This document shows, one piece after another, positions 10,353 to 19,924 of a stretch of 64,000 nt of DNA. Within the stretch, counting starts at the first letter, position 1. Every line of letters starts with the position of its first letter. Source of the stretch: Phycisphaerales bacterium (lineage in GTDB: Bacteria; Planctomycetota; Phycisphaerae; WQYP01); assembly GCA_027451365.1 (NCBI GenBank), contig DAIDJN010000063.1, positions 32,001 to 96,000 on the forward strand. The letters run 5' to 3'. The position numbers and the translations under genes were made by a program. Under the pieces are notes generated by a model. It searched no databases and had not been told where the DNA came from. It saw nothing but the letters and a program-made list of their open reading frames with translations.

Positions 10353-11669
10353 ATGGACACTTCTACCCCCGGCATTTCCAGTCTTCCGACGACGGCAACT
10401 ATTACATTCGCGGATAAGACACTGACCTATCCGGTAGTGACCGGAACGGAAGGCGAGCGCGGCATAGATATTTCGCGTTTGCGCGCGGACACCGGCCTAA
10501 TTACCCTCGACCAGGGCTACGGCAATACCGGATCATGTCAAAGCGCGATCACTTACATTGATGGCGACCAGGGTATTCTGCGCTACCGCGGAATTCCGAT
10601 AGAGGAATTTGCGAAAAGCCCGGACTTTATTGAAGTGGCGTGGCTGCTTATTTTCGGTCGCCTGCCCAACGCGACGGAATCGACGCGGTTTCGCGCCCGG
10701 CTGACAGCCAATGCCCACCTGCATGAGGCAATGAAACATACTTTTGAAGGCTTCCCGGCCACCGCTCCGCCCATGGCGATTACGTCCGCCATGATTAATA
10801 CACTCGGCTGTTTTCATCCGGAAATGTTTCTGATTCGGGATGAGGAGGTTTTTGAAGAGGCGGCCGCTCGCCTGATCAGCAAAATCCGAACGATAGCGGC
10901 ATTCACCTATCGGCGGGTCAATGGACTGCCATATATTTATCCAAATCCGAAACTGCGGTATTGCGACAACCTGCTGCACATGATGTTTTCCATGCCGTAT
11001 GACCAGCGCGTGCCGGACCCGGAAATTTCCCTGGCCATGAACCTGATTTTTATTCTTCACGCGGACCATGAACAGAACTGCTCCACCAGCACGGTGCGGA
11101 TGGTCGGCAGCAGCAAGGCCAACCTGTTTGCCAGTTGCGCCGCCGGGGTCTGCGCCCTTTGGGGGCCGCTGCATGGCGGCGCGAACGTGGAAGTGCTTGA
11201 AATGCTGGGGCAGATTCATCAGGGCGGACTGACGGCTGAAAAATACATTGAAATGGCCAAGCAGAAGGGAAGCGGAACACGCCTGATGGGCTTCGGTCAC
11301 CGTGTCTACAAGAATTACGACCCGCGTGCGAAAATGCTGCAAAGTGTATGCGAACGCGTGCTCAAAAAAATGAATTCCCGCGACCCCCTTCTGGACATTG
11401 CCCGCAAGCTGGAAGAACTGGCCCTGAAGGACCAGTATTTTATAGACCGCAAACTGTATCCGAATGTCGATTTCTACAGCGGCCTGATTATGCGCGCCGT
11501 CGGCATTCCCACCAACATGTTTACCGTCATGTTCGCCATCGGACGCCTGCCGGGCTGGGTGGCCCATTGGAAAGAACAGCATGATGATGCGTCTTCCAAA
11601 ATTGCCCGGCCACGACAGATTTACACCGGACCGGTGAACCGGCATTATGTGCCGATGGAATTGCGCTAA
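10353..11669 (+). CDS. gltA: Citrate synthase (type I)
   Basis: ITYIDGDQGILRYRG, HADHEQNCST, LWGPLHGGAN, GFGHRVYK, YPNVDFYSG. Confidence 0.96.
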   Translation: MDTSTPGISSLPTTATITFADKTLTYPVVTGTEGERGIDISRLRADTGLITLDQGYGNTGSCQSAITYIDGDQGILRYRGIPIEEFAKSPDFIEVAWLLIFGRLPNATESTRFRARLTANAHLHEAMKHTFEGFPATAPPMAITSAMINTLGCFHPEMFLIRDEEVFEEAAARLISKIRTIAAFTYRRVNGLPYIYPNPKLRYCDNLLHMMFSMPYDQRVPDPEISLAMNLIFILHADHEQNCSTSTVRMVGSSKANLFASCAAGVCALWGPLHGGANVEVLEMLGQIHQGGLTAEKYIEMAKQKGSGTRLMGFGHRVYKNYDPRAKMLQSVCERVLKKMNSRDPLLDIARKLEELALKDQYFIDRKLYPNVDFYSGLIMRAVGIPTNMFTVMFAIGRLPGWVAHWKEQHDDASSKIARPRQIYTGPVNRHYVPMELR

Positions 11670-11769
11670 GGTGCCGGCGCCATATTTGCGAAGCGGCACC
11701 GGTACGCTGTCGCGCCCGCAAATCGCAAATCAGGATTGACGGAGGGCTGGCCTTACTTGAGGAGCAGAC

Positions 11770-12732
11770 ATGCAATATCGGCGGTTGGGTGACGCGGGCG
11801 TGCGGCTTTCGGAAATCGGCCTTGGCGGCTGGCTTACCGTGGGCAACGCGCAGGAAATGGAACAGACCAGTGCCGTATTGAACAAGGCGTTTGAACTGGG
11901 CATTAATTTTCTGGACACCGCCAACGTCTATGCCGGCGGCAAGGCCGAGGAAGTATGGGGACAGTTGCTGGCCCCGCGACGCCGCAGCGATTACGTTCTG
12001 GCCAGCAAAGTATTTTTCCCCATGGGGCCTGGCCCCAACGACCATGGCCTGTCGCGCAAACATATTTTTGAACAATGCCATGCCAGCCTCAAACGGCTGC
12101 GCACTGATTACATTGATCTGTACCAGTGCCACCGCTACGCCATTGCCGGCATTGACGATGGCGTCGGTCTGGAAGAAACCATTCGCGCGATGGATGACCT
12201 GATTCATCAGGGAAAGGTGCTGTACTGGGGATTTTCCGAATGGCCTGTTGAAAAAATTGTAGAGGCGCTGGGCATCTGCGGCGACCGTTTTTACAAACCC
12301 AAAAGCAGTCAGCCGCGCTACAGCGCCATACAGCGGCATTGGGAAGAGCCGCTGTTTCCGCTCTGTCATGCCGCGGGCATCGGTCAGGTGGTATTTTCAC
12401 CGCTGGCGCAGGGAATTTTGTCGGGCAAATACAAGCCGGGGCAGCCGCTGCCACCGGACAGCCGCGCCGCGGACGACCGTCAGAACCAGTTCATTAAACG
12501 AAACGTGGAGGACCAGGAACTGCTCAAGCGCGTAGCGCGGCTTGCGCCCATCGCCGCAAAGTTCAAGCTGACAATGTCGCAATTGGCGCTGGCGTGGGTG
12601 CTGCATCACCCGCAGGTCACCAGTTGCATTGTGGGCGCTTCGCGACCGTCACAGCTTGAAGAAAATGCCGCCGCCAGCGGAGTGGCATTGGATGATGCAA
12701 CCGTCAATGAAATCAACACCATCCTGGGATAG
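11770..12732 (+). CDS. Aldo/keto reductase
   Basis: GINFLDTANVY, SLKRLRTDYIDLYQCH, FSPLAQGILSGKY. Confidence 0.93.
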   Translation: MQYRRLGDAGVRLSEIGLGGWLTVGNAQEMEQTSAVLNKAFELGINFLDTANVYAGGKAEEVWGQLLAPRRRSDYVLASKVFFPMGPGPNDHGLSRKHIFEQCHASLKRLRTDYIDLYQCHRYAIAGIDDGVGLEETIRAMDDLIHQGKVLYWGFSEWPVEKIVEALGICGDRFYKPKSSQPRYSAIQRHWEEPLFPLCHAAGIGQVVFSPLAQGILSGKYKPGQPLPPDSRAADDRQNQFIKRNVEDQELLKRVARLAPIAAKFKLTMSQLALAWVLHHPQVTSCIVGASRPSQLEENAAASGVALDDATVNEINTILG

Positions 12733-12849
12733 GCCCCGTTGCGGCCGGCAACGCGGATCAGGTGAATTTAGAACAGGTCAGCAGGAGAGCGAATAAGGAT
12801 GGGACAATAAAGCGGCTGTCGCCGAAACGCAACGCCGCGCCTGCGGTCT

Positions 12850-12876
12850 TTTTGGGGGTCGGGACTCTGGCCCGAC
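12850..12876 (-). repeat. REP-like palindromic element, copy 1
   Basis: Reverse complement reads GTCGGGCCAGAGTCCCGACCCCCAAAA; related copies at 13215 and 16272. Confidence 0.55.
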
Positions 12877-13214
12877 AATCGTCAATCGCTTGGGGCGCGG
12901 GCGGCTTGCCGACCGCAGAAATCCTGATCTGAAATTTTAAATCCACACGCGCCATCCCCGGTCTACGCGTGCCCCAGCGTCCCCTGCGGCGAATTTTACG
13001 TCAACCTCCCGCGCGGTAAGGCAAGGCCCAAAAATGGGTTGCCCGCGTGCCGGACGCCATCTTCCGTTAACTCCGTGGCTCACTGATTAATTTCAGCCGG
13101 CGGCATAACGCATAGACATATGATTATTTGGCTATTCATTTAAGAACGTGCCCCATGTGCCGCCCTATACGCTTATCCTTCAATATCTGAGTGAACGCCT
13201 GTGGTGCACGACCT

Positions 13215-13239
13215 GTCGGGCGGGACGCCCGACCCCCAA
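13215..13239 (+). repeat. REP-like palindromic element, copy 2
   Basis: GTCGGGCG-GGA-CGCCCGAC (8-bp perfect stem) followed by CCCCAA. Confidence 0.55.
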
Positions 13240-13351
13240 TCTTTGGGCCGCAGCAATGCAGAGGAGGTGAGCAGCAGAGCGGATAACGGGCGGGATGACT
13301 GTGCTTTAACAAAAGACAAGAATGTCTGTCTCACCGAGCCGGCGGAGGCAG

Positions 13352-14080
13352 TCAGCGGTTGAAGCGGTTGATTTCCCCCCAGCGTTCATGCCAGATGGTA
13401 TAAAGGATTTTGACTCCAGCGGAAAAAACGCCGCGCAAGGTACCGGAAATTTTTGATTTTCCAATTCGCCGCCGGTAATCCACCGGAATTTCCAGGCAGC
13501 GCAAGCCCGCCTGGGCACAGCGAATCTGCATTTGAATGGTCCAGCCGAAGTCGGGGTCATCCATCTTTAATAAAGCCAGACTGCGGGCGCCAATGGCGCG
13601 AAACGGACCAAGGTCTGTGTAACGGGCCTGCCAGATTGCGTGCATAAGCATACAGGCCAGCGCGCCACCAAGGCGCTGCTGGAGTGTAAGGGAACCGCGC
13701 TGGCGTTGGCCCAGAATCCGCGAGCCTGCGACAAAATCGGCGCGGTTTTCCACAATCGGCTTCACCAGTTGATCCATCCGGGCGGGATAATCGCTTAGGT
13801 CGCCATCCACAAAGACCACCACATCAGGCCGGTCTGCGGCACCTATGCCGGCCAGGCACGCACTGCCATAGCCGCGGCGCGCGGCATGAACCACCCGTCC
13901 GCCATGCGCGACGGCCATATCCACCGTGCGATCGGTCGAGCCGTTGTCACAGACAATAATTTCCGTCACCCAGCCGGGAATTTCATCTATGACCGCCCCA
14001 ATCGAATGCTCTTCATTCAGTGCGGGAATCACCACTGAAATGCGGCAATCCGGCGGAAGCCAGGCGGGAAAGGACTCCAT
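13352..14080 (-). CDS. Glycosyltransferase family 2
   Basis: VVIPALNEE, VCDNGSTD, GYGSAC, FVDGD, TDLGPFRAI. Confidence 0.9.
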   Translation of the reverse strand: MESFPAWLPPDCRISVVIPALNEEHSIGAVIDEIPGWVTEIIVCDNGSTDRTVDMAVAHGGRVVHAARRGYGSACLAGIGAADRPDVVVFVDGDLSDYPARMDQLVKPIVENRADFVAGSRILGQRQRGSLTLQQRLGGALACMLMHAIWQARYTDLGPFRAIGARSLALLKMDDPDFGWTIQMQIRCAQAGLRCLEIPVDYRRRIGKSKISGTLRGVFSAGVKILYTIWHERWGEINRFNR

Positions 14081-14140
14081 GAAAATGCTCTATTCGTATA
14101 ATGGGGAGAGCGGCATACCGCGCAGGCGGCCCGCACAATC

Positions 14141-15931
14141 TTAGCCGGCTATGCTTCCTGCGGAATATTCGCGCGTCCGGGCATTGGCGATGGCTCGCTC
14201 AATTCCCGGCAGAACGTAGTCCTTGGCCACAACTTCCCAACTCATGCGCCGCGCCAGGGCATAACCCTGCTGAAGATTGGCTTCAAAATGCACCGGCTTG
14301 CGGGGCAGCCTGCGGAAAATTTCGTTGGCAATATCACCGGCGACCGCCGATTCAACAAGGTCGCGGGCCTTGCGGTCCATGTGCAGGAAATCCTCTATGC
14401 GTTCACCTTTTATTTCAGTGGAGACGGTGTAATCAACCGGCAGCGCGTTTTCGGTTTCTCCACCGGCGGCATGGCGCACAAAGCCTGCGCAACCGCACAA
14501 AGATGTAAACACGCACAATCCACCAAAGGAAATCGGTTCCACCTGGGCAATGCCGAAAGGCTCATAAATGGACTGGCCAAATTCCACATCCGACCCGTGC
14601 CGGATATCCATAAATTCCATATCCTGCGGCATGCGTTCGCCGCAAACCCGCCAGTCAAACCCGAACTGATTGATATACACCACCTTGCAGTTTCGGCTGC
14701 GGGCGTTGAATTCCTGAACGCCGGCGTAAAAGGCGGCTTCACCACCGGTCAGATCCGGATAACCTTCGCGATGTGCCACGGGCCATTTGTAGCCGGATTC
14801 CATGTTGCGGATATCATCTCCGCGACGCGCGGAAGTTTCGGTGGAAAGGACAAAAAGAACCGCCGAGCGGTTTTCATGGCGAAACAGCCGTTCGAGATGG
14901 TCCATCACTGTAATATCCCGCCAGAGGCCTTTGGAAAGCACCATTCGGGTAACATGGGTAAAAATATAATCCGGCCTGAAATCCAGCAGATTTTCGCAGT
15001 AATGCTGCAATCGGGTGCGGGAGGCCATCTTTTCCTCCAACGATATCTCAAATGACGGGACGCCGTTGTAAGCAAGGTCAATATTGCGGCTTTTAAAGGC
15101 CTGATCCAGAAAGCGGAATTCATCCGCGACGTAATCGCCCACGGCGAAAATGTTGTCGCAATATTTCGCGGCCACCACCAGCGGGGTCTTGTAGAATGAA
15201 TTTTGAGACCCGAACACATCGGTGACATATTTGTGCTGCTTCTGGGCCAGCCGCATGGCGTTGTAAAATGCGACATCATGACCGGGATGGGCTTCGACAA
15301 TTCGGCGCATGGGGGCAACTTCATGCGCATAAAAAATGGTCCGGAACTGCGCCGGCGCGTTAAGAATTGCCGCCAGCACGGTCGGCATTCCCATGTATTC
15401 GTGGGAAAAAATAATCGCAGGGTCCGGTCCGGAGCCGCAGCCCATGGCCAGTAGCGCATCAACCGCCGGTTCAGCGATGCGGCAATACTGTTCAAAATCC
15501 CAGATATGGTCGTACTGGTTGGATTCTATTCCGAAACGCTCAAACAGGCGGAACTTGAATTTAGCCATGCGGGCTTCATCGTAGTGGCCTACACTGAAAA
15601 GAAGAACTTCCGGATGTGATTTGACGCCCGTGAATTTGTCAAAAAAAACCTTGCGGCCATATACGATACTCACGTGGTAACGGCGTTCGACTTCCGAAAA
15701 AGCGGCAGCCAGCGGATGGCGCACAATACCATCCATAGAGCTGTAAAGCACTTCACCACCATCACCCAGGCGCGATTCCGCCGGGCCATGGGTATCAAAC
15801 AGCGGTCCAACGAGGATATCACGATCGATCGCCTGGGAATAATTTTTGGCCGTCAGCAGCCCATGCAGAACCGCGCCGATTCCGCCAATTTTCTGTACCG
15901 CCTCATGGGTCACGTGCACAACAGTTTTCAT
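14141..15931 (-). CDS. GT-B glycosyltransferase, GT3/glycogen synthase-like
   Basis: HEAVQKIGGIGAV resembles the GT3 EVxNKVGGI motif and SIYEPFGIAQVE resembles SYYEPWGYTPxE. Alternative start at 15964. Confidence 0.65.
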   Translation of the reverse strand: MKTVVHVTHEAVQKIGGIGAVLHGLLTAKNYSQAIDRDILVGPLFDTHGPAESRLGDGGEVLYSSMDGIVRHPLAAAFSEVERRYHVSIVYGRKVFFDKFTGVKSHPEVLLFSVGHYDEARMAKFKFRLFERFGIESNQYDHIWDFEQYCRIAEPAVDALLAMGCGSGPDPAIIFSHEYMGMPTVLAAILNAPAQFRTIFYAHEVAPMRRIVEAHPGHDVAFYNAMRLAQKQHKYVTDVFGSQNSFYKTPLVVAAKYCDNIFAVGDYVADEFRFLDQAFKSRNIDLAYNGVPSFEISLEEKMASRTRLQHYCENLLDFRPDYIFTHVTRMVLSKGLWRDITVMDHLERLFRHENRSAVLFVLSTETSARRGDDIRNMESGYKWPVAHREGYPDLTGGEAAFYAGVQEFNARSRNCKVVYINQFGFDWRVCGERMPQDMEFMDIRHGSDVEFGQSIYEPFGIAQVEPISFGGLCVFTSLCGCAGFVRHAAGGETENALPVDYTVSTEIKGERIEDFLHMDRKARDLVESAVAGDIANEIFRRLPRKPVHFEANLQQGYALARRMSWEVVAKDYVLPGIERAIANARTREYSAGSIAG

Positions 15932-16271
15932 AGTGGGAATCCTTGTATCTTTCAGTTCCGGCAATTCACCGGAGCTTAGGCCATACCCTGCAACTTTACA
16001 AATCTTCCGGAAATGCCCGGACTATGATGCCGCCTGCTTAAGGGGCAAAAGTTCCGAACCCGCCGAATGATTGTCCATGAATCGACCGGAATGCTCAACT
16101 GGCTATAAAGAATCCTCGGTAAAGCTCCGTGCCTGCTTGCTTCGGGAAGGCCCCTAAGCGGCAATTCGACGATATTTTTGTAATCGTCAGGCGCCGTGGT
16201 GTTCTGGCGATTAAAGAATCAGAATCGCGGCTGTTTTATTTTTCTGGCAGGATGCCGCCAAAAAAAAGCCA

Positions 16272-16298
16272 GTCGGGCCAGACGCCCGCCGCCCAAAA
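16272..16298 (+). repeat. REP-like palindromic element, copy 3 (degenerate)
   Basis: GTCGGGCCAGACGCCCGCCGCCCAAAA aligns with copies 1 and 2. Confidence 0.45.
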
Positions 16299-16635
16299 TC
16301 GGCCTGATGCAAAACTGGGCGCTATGTCTGATTTTCGTGTGCAGCAAGCGCCTGAGTCTGTTGCGCCGGGAAATCGGTGTAGTCTCATTTCATGTTTTGG
16401 CTACAGCCACGCCATTTTCCCATCCTTCGTATGTGCCCAGGTTCCTACGCGCAATAGATGCAGGCACTGTGATTCCGGGGCAACGCTGGCGAGCGTTTCA
16501 GTTGGCAGTGTCGTAACGCGAAGGAAACTGATTTTTAGCAAAGCTGCTCGACCATAGCCCTGGCTATACCATGCAATTTTTCCCCTTCCCGAAATAAGCG
16601 GGCACACCCCGCGGTTTTATTTTGGTACTTTTATC

Positions 16636-16664
16636 TTGACATTACGGGTTTACCGGTTTAGCAT
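16636..16664 (+). promoter_or_regulatory. Sigma70-type promoter
   Basis: TTGACA (16636-16641), 17-nt spacer, TAGCAT (16659-16664). Confidence 0.6.
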
Positions 16665-16670
16665 GATTAT

Positions 16671-17392
16671 CGGCGGTGATCTGGAAGAGGTTATTCCTTC
16701 CCGGTTTACCAAGGTTTTGCCAACGTCTGGTGTTCGTTTTATTTTTGAACGCCGTTGTGTTGGCTGCCATCATTTTCCTTTTATTTCCCATGCAAGGCCG
16801 TTTCTATTGGCCAGTGCATCGGCTTTCGGTTCCCGCCAAGGTATGCCCGGCTGCCCGTTCTTATGAGCCAAACGGGCGATGCAGCATTCCTATCCGAATG
16901 TTCGCAAATATGCGAATCTTTGATTCGATTTGCGAAATTAATTGGATATGGAAGCTCGGCGTACCCATCCGCTCGGCTGTTCGACGCCGTTTTTTCGCTG
17001 CATCCGCCTGATTATGGCTCTTCTCATTTTTCTTATTCCCATTCATGATGTTCGCGCCCATTGGCCGATACATGAACCGGGAGTTTGAGTAGCGACAGGA
17101 ATGCAAGCGTCCGGCTTTGCGGACGGGGCTGTTGTTGGGCCATGCGGCTCAGGCTTCCGTTTGAATTGCGGACTCATCACGTTTCGGTACGGCTATTTTG
17201 GGCAGTACGGTGTGTTACCGTCGGGCGGCGAAAGCCGCAGTTTGCCCAGCCGCCCCACCCGCACCGGGGAAACCCGGTATTTGATTCGCCGCGGTCTTAT
17301 TATTATTTTGATTGCGGAATAATCAATCGCTCTTATTTTTTCGCCTGCACTCACGCACCAGGCCGCTTGCAGCTTTGAAGGAGGACATTCCC
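16671..17392 (+). ncRNA. Candidate long structured 5' leader or ncRNA, family unknown
   Basis: Many nested stems and two GAAA tetraloop hairpins, with no convincing CDS (see findings). Confidence 0.4.
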
Positions 17393-18388
17393 ATGAGGAA
17401 TCGTCAGTTAAAACATCGAGGGTTCACCCTCATTGAGCTGCTGGTGGTTATCTCCATCATTGCACTGCTCATCGCCATTCTGCTGCCCAGCTTGGCACGT
17501 GCCAAGGAACTGGCTAACCGGGCGGTCTGCTCGGCCAATGTTCGCGGCATCATTCAGTCCATGGTGGTATATGCCCAGACCAACGGGAATGTGTTCCCGT
17601 GCGTACAGGGCGACGCCACAGCCGGTGCCTATCAGAAGCCCGAATTTATTGTTGCCGCAACCGCGACCACGCCGACTGCTGGCTCGCTGTTAAGCGCCAC
17701 CTCTCCGGGGTACTATTCCACGAGTTCAGCGTCCGGCGGTGATGTGCTGGCCTGCATGTGGATTCTGGTACTGGAGAACCAGATCACTCCGAAAAGCTTC
17801 ATTTGCCCGTCCGATCCGACGGCCACATCCCCTTCGGAACAGTATTATCCCAATTCAACCAGCACCCCACCTTCGGTCTGGGCGAATTTCAACCAAGGCA
17901 GCGGCACCGCCGCCGTGGCATCCACTGGCCAAGGCGAAAGCTATTCAATCGCCTTCCCGTGGTCTGATGGCGGCGCTTATGCCGGCGCAGCCCCATGGTG
18001 GAACGGCAACCAGGGTGCGGATGTTCCGCTGGTTTGCGATATGGCCCCGTACAGCACGGTTACCACCGGCACTGCGGCGCGTATAACCACCACGCCGCTG
18101 ACCAACAACACCTATGGCCCGTACATTTTCAATTCGGGTAACCATGGTGGCGATGGCCAGAACGTCGGATTTGGTGACGATCACGTGGCCTTTGAAACCA
18201 ACCCATATGTTGGCCAAAGCCAGGCGAACATCTTTACCACATACACCATTTCCAGCGGCCCGGCCACACAAACGGCAAGCCCCGGCTCCGGCTCGGCTAT
18301 CTACACCACTACCAATTACTCGGCCACAGCGCCGTATGACATCATCATGGTGCCAGATCGCAACGTCGCAGCTGGTACCTGGCATTAA
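17393..18388 (+). CDS. Prepilin-type N-terminal cleavage/methylation protein with an H-X9-DG-like C-terminal motif (planctomycete DUF1559-like family)
   Basis: [62 protein letters not shown]. Confidence 0.88.
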   Translation: MRNRQLKHRGFTLIELLVVISIIALLIAILLPSLARAKELANRAVCSANVRGIIQSMVVYAQTNGNVFPCVQGDATAGAYQKPEFIVAATATTPTAGSLLSATSPGYYSTSSASGGDVLACMWILVLENQITPKSFICPSDPTATSPSEQYYPNSTSTPPSVWANFNQGSGTAAVASTGQGESYSIAFPWSDGGAYAGAAPWWNGNQGADVPLVCDMAPYSTVTTGTAARITTTPLTNNTYGPYIFNSGNHGGDGQNVGFGDDHVAFETNPYVGQSQANIFTTYTISSGPATQTASPGSGSAIYTTTNYSATAPYDIIMVPDRNVAAGTWH

Positions 18389-18461
18389 CCGGACGTTAGC
18401 CTGAACCGGTCGGGCACCGCCCGGCTGGCAAAGCCGACAGTCGGTTAAATTAGAATCCTTC

Positions 18462-18502
18462 GCGGCTCGTTTCGGTTCGCCGAAACGAGCCGCTTTCTTT
18501 TT
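18462..18502 (+). terminator. Intrinsic terminator
   Basis: GCGGCTCGTTTCGG-TTCG-CCGAAACGAGCCGC (14-bp stem) followed by TTTCTTTTT. Confidence 0.85.
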
Positions 18503-18585
18503 ATCCCATTTTTTTGGGTGGCGCATTGGGCATTTGCATTTAGGCGTATGCGTTCCACCTGCCTTGCGCCACAGATTTGTGGTTC

Positions 18586-18783
18586 GTGGTTTGTGGTGCG
18601 GGCGTCTCGCCTGCCGTCCATATAATTCTAACCAGCAGGCAAGATGCCTGCACCACAAATGAACGGCCTGCAACACAAAGGAGCGGATTGCATCACAGAC
18701 CTGCTGATTGTGGATTGTGGTTTGTGGTGCGGGCGTCTCGCCTGCCGTCCATACAACTTTAACCAGCAGGCAAGATGCCTGCA
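18586..18783. repeat. Tandem pair of REPIN-like elements
   Basis: ~67-bp direct repeat (18586-18652 and 18717-18783, 3 mismatches); each unit is built from two inverted GTGG-type palindromes. Confidence 0.8.
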
Positions 18784-18807
18784 TTCAACCACCTGGGAGA
18801 AACTCAA

Positions 18808-19629
18808 ATGGCAGCCATGCGTTATCCGCGAACAGACAAACAGGATCAGCCCGCCGTTATAAAGCCCAATCCGGCCGTGCAATTAAACATTCTGCATGAG
18901 GATGGAGATATTCTGGTGGTTTACAAGCCGGCGGGATTGGTTTCGCAACCCGGCCTTGGCCACACCACTGACGCCTTGCTTAACGGCCTGTTTGCGACCC
19001 ATGGCAATCTGTTGCGAAACATGGGCGCGGCGCGCGACTGGGGCATGCTGCATCGGCTGGACAAGCCCACCAGCGGACTGCTGGTGGTGGCCCTGCGTCC
19101 GAAGGCGTATGACCTGTTGCGTGCTGAATTTGAACAGCGACGCGTGGTGAAGGAATATCTGGCTTTGGTGCGCGGCAAGCCGGTTCCGCCGCAGGGCGTC
19201 ATTCAGGCCCGCCTGAAAGAAGTTCTGGCCACCGTGAAAAAGGTCATCATATCCCGTGCCGGACAAGAGGCGATTTCCGCCTATCAGGTCATTTCTGGAA
19301 ATGAATTCGCATCGCTGGTAAGCATAAAAATTAAAACTGGCCGCCTGCATCAGATACGCGCCCACATGATGTTTCTGGGGAACCCTGTGCTGGGCGACGA
19401 CCTGTACGGAATAAATACGAAGCCCCCCACCAAAGCGCCTGGTGTGCCGCGGCTGTGCCTGCATTGCCTGAAACTGGGCTTTCGCCATCCAGTGCGGAAT
19501 ACCTGGATCGAATTCACCGCGCCGTTACCGCCAGACCTGGCCGCAACCGCGAAAAAATTCAATCTGACCGTACCAACGGAATATTTACCAAAGGCCGCCC
19601 CCGCGGCAAAGCCGACCGCGGTTGAATGA
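18808..19629 (+). CDS. RluA/RluD family pseudouridine synthase
   Basis: VVYKPAGL, LHRLDKPTSGL, TGRLHQIRAH, VLGDDLYG. Confidence 0.93.
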   Translation: MAAMRYPRTDKQDQPAVIKPNPAVQLNILHEDGDILVVYKPAGLVSQPGLGHTTDALLNGLFATHGNLLRNMGAARDWGMLHRLDKPTSGLLVVALRPKAYDLLRAEFEQRRVVKEYLALVRGKPVPPQGVIQARLKEVLATVKKVIISRAGQEAISAYQVISGNEFASLVSIKIKTGRLHQIRAHMMFLGNPVLGDDLYGINTKPPTKAPGVPRLCLHCLKLGFRHPVRNTWIEFTAPLPPDLAATAKKFNLTVPTEYLPKAAPAAKPTAVE

Positions 19630-19924
19630 GCCTTAGGCGATCTTTCCATCGACTGCGTCAGCGGCTTTGTGACTCCGCTACCGTCCCGCTTGCCAGCGGC
19701 TAAAAGGATTACTTTGCCGGACGGGCAAATATCCGCTGAAAATTAAATTTATTGATCATTGACAAAGTATTGTTCACCGCAGAGGACACAGAGTAACGCA
19801 GTGGTTAAATATTGAGGGGCTTTACGATTGGCACCCGCACCCTTGCGAATATTGCGCCATAGCGAGCGGGCATGACATTCATTCGGCTTAACCGGATAGT
19901 CAAGCCTTACGGCATCATGGTCGT

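Noticed and set aside
13190..13350. Possible SRP, 6S or RNase P RNA
   Set aside because: Lacks the SRP CAGG-GNRA-AGCAG domain and the RNase P GAGGAAAGUCC motif; the hairpins are better explained by REP-like elements.
16498..16510. 12-mer CACTGCCAACTG shared (inverted) with 27966-27977
   Set aside because: 12-mer matches are expected by chance in 64 kb, and there is no additional positional support.
16636..17378. Short ORFs within the long leader (e.g. 16676..17011, 17085..17378)
   Set aside because: No clear RBS, atypical composition and several overlapping frames of equal length; a leader peptide cannot be excluded.
18586..18783. Possible CRISPR array
   Set aside because: Only two ~67-bp units with REP-doublet structure; no cas genes.
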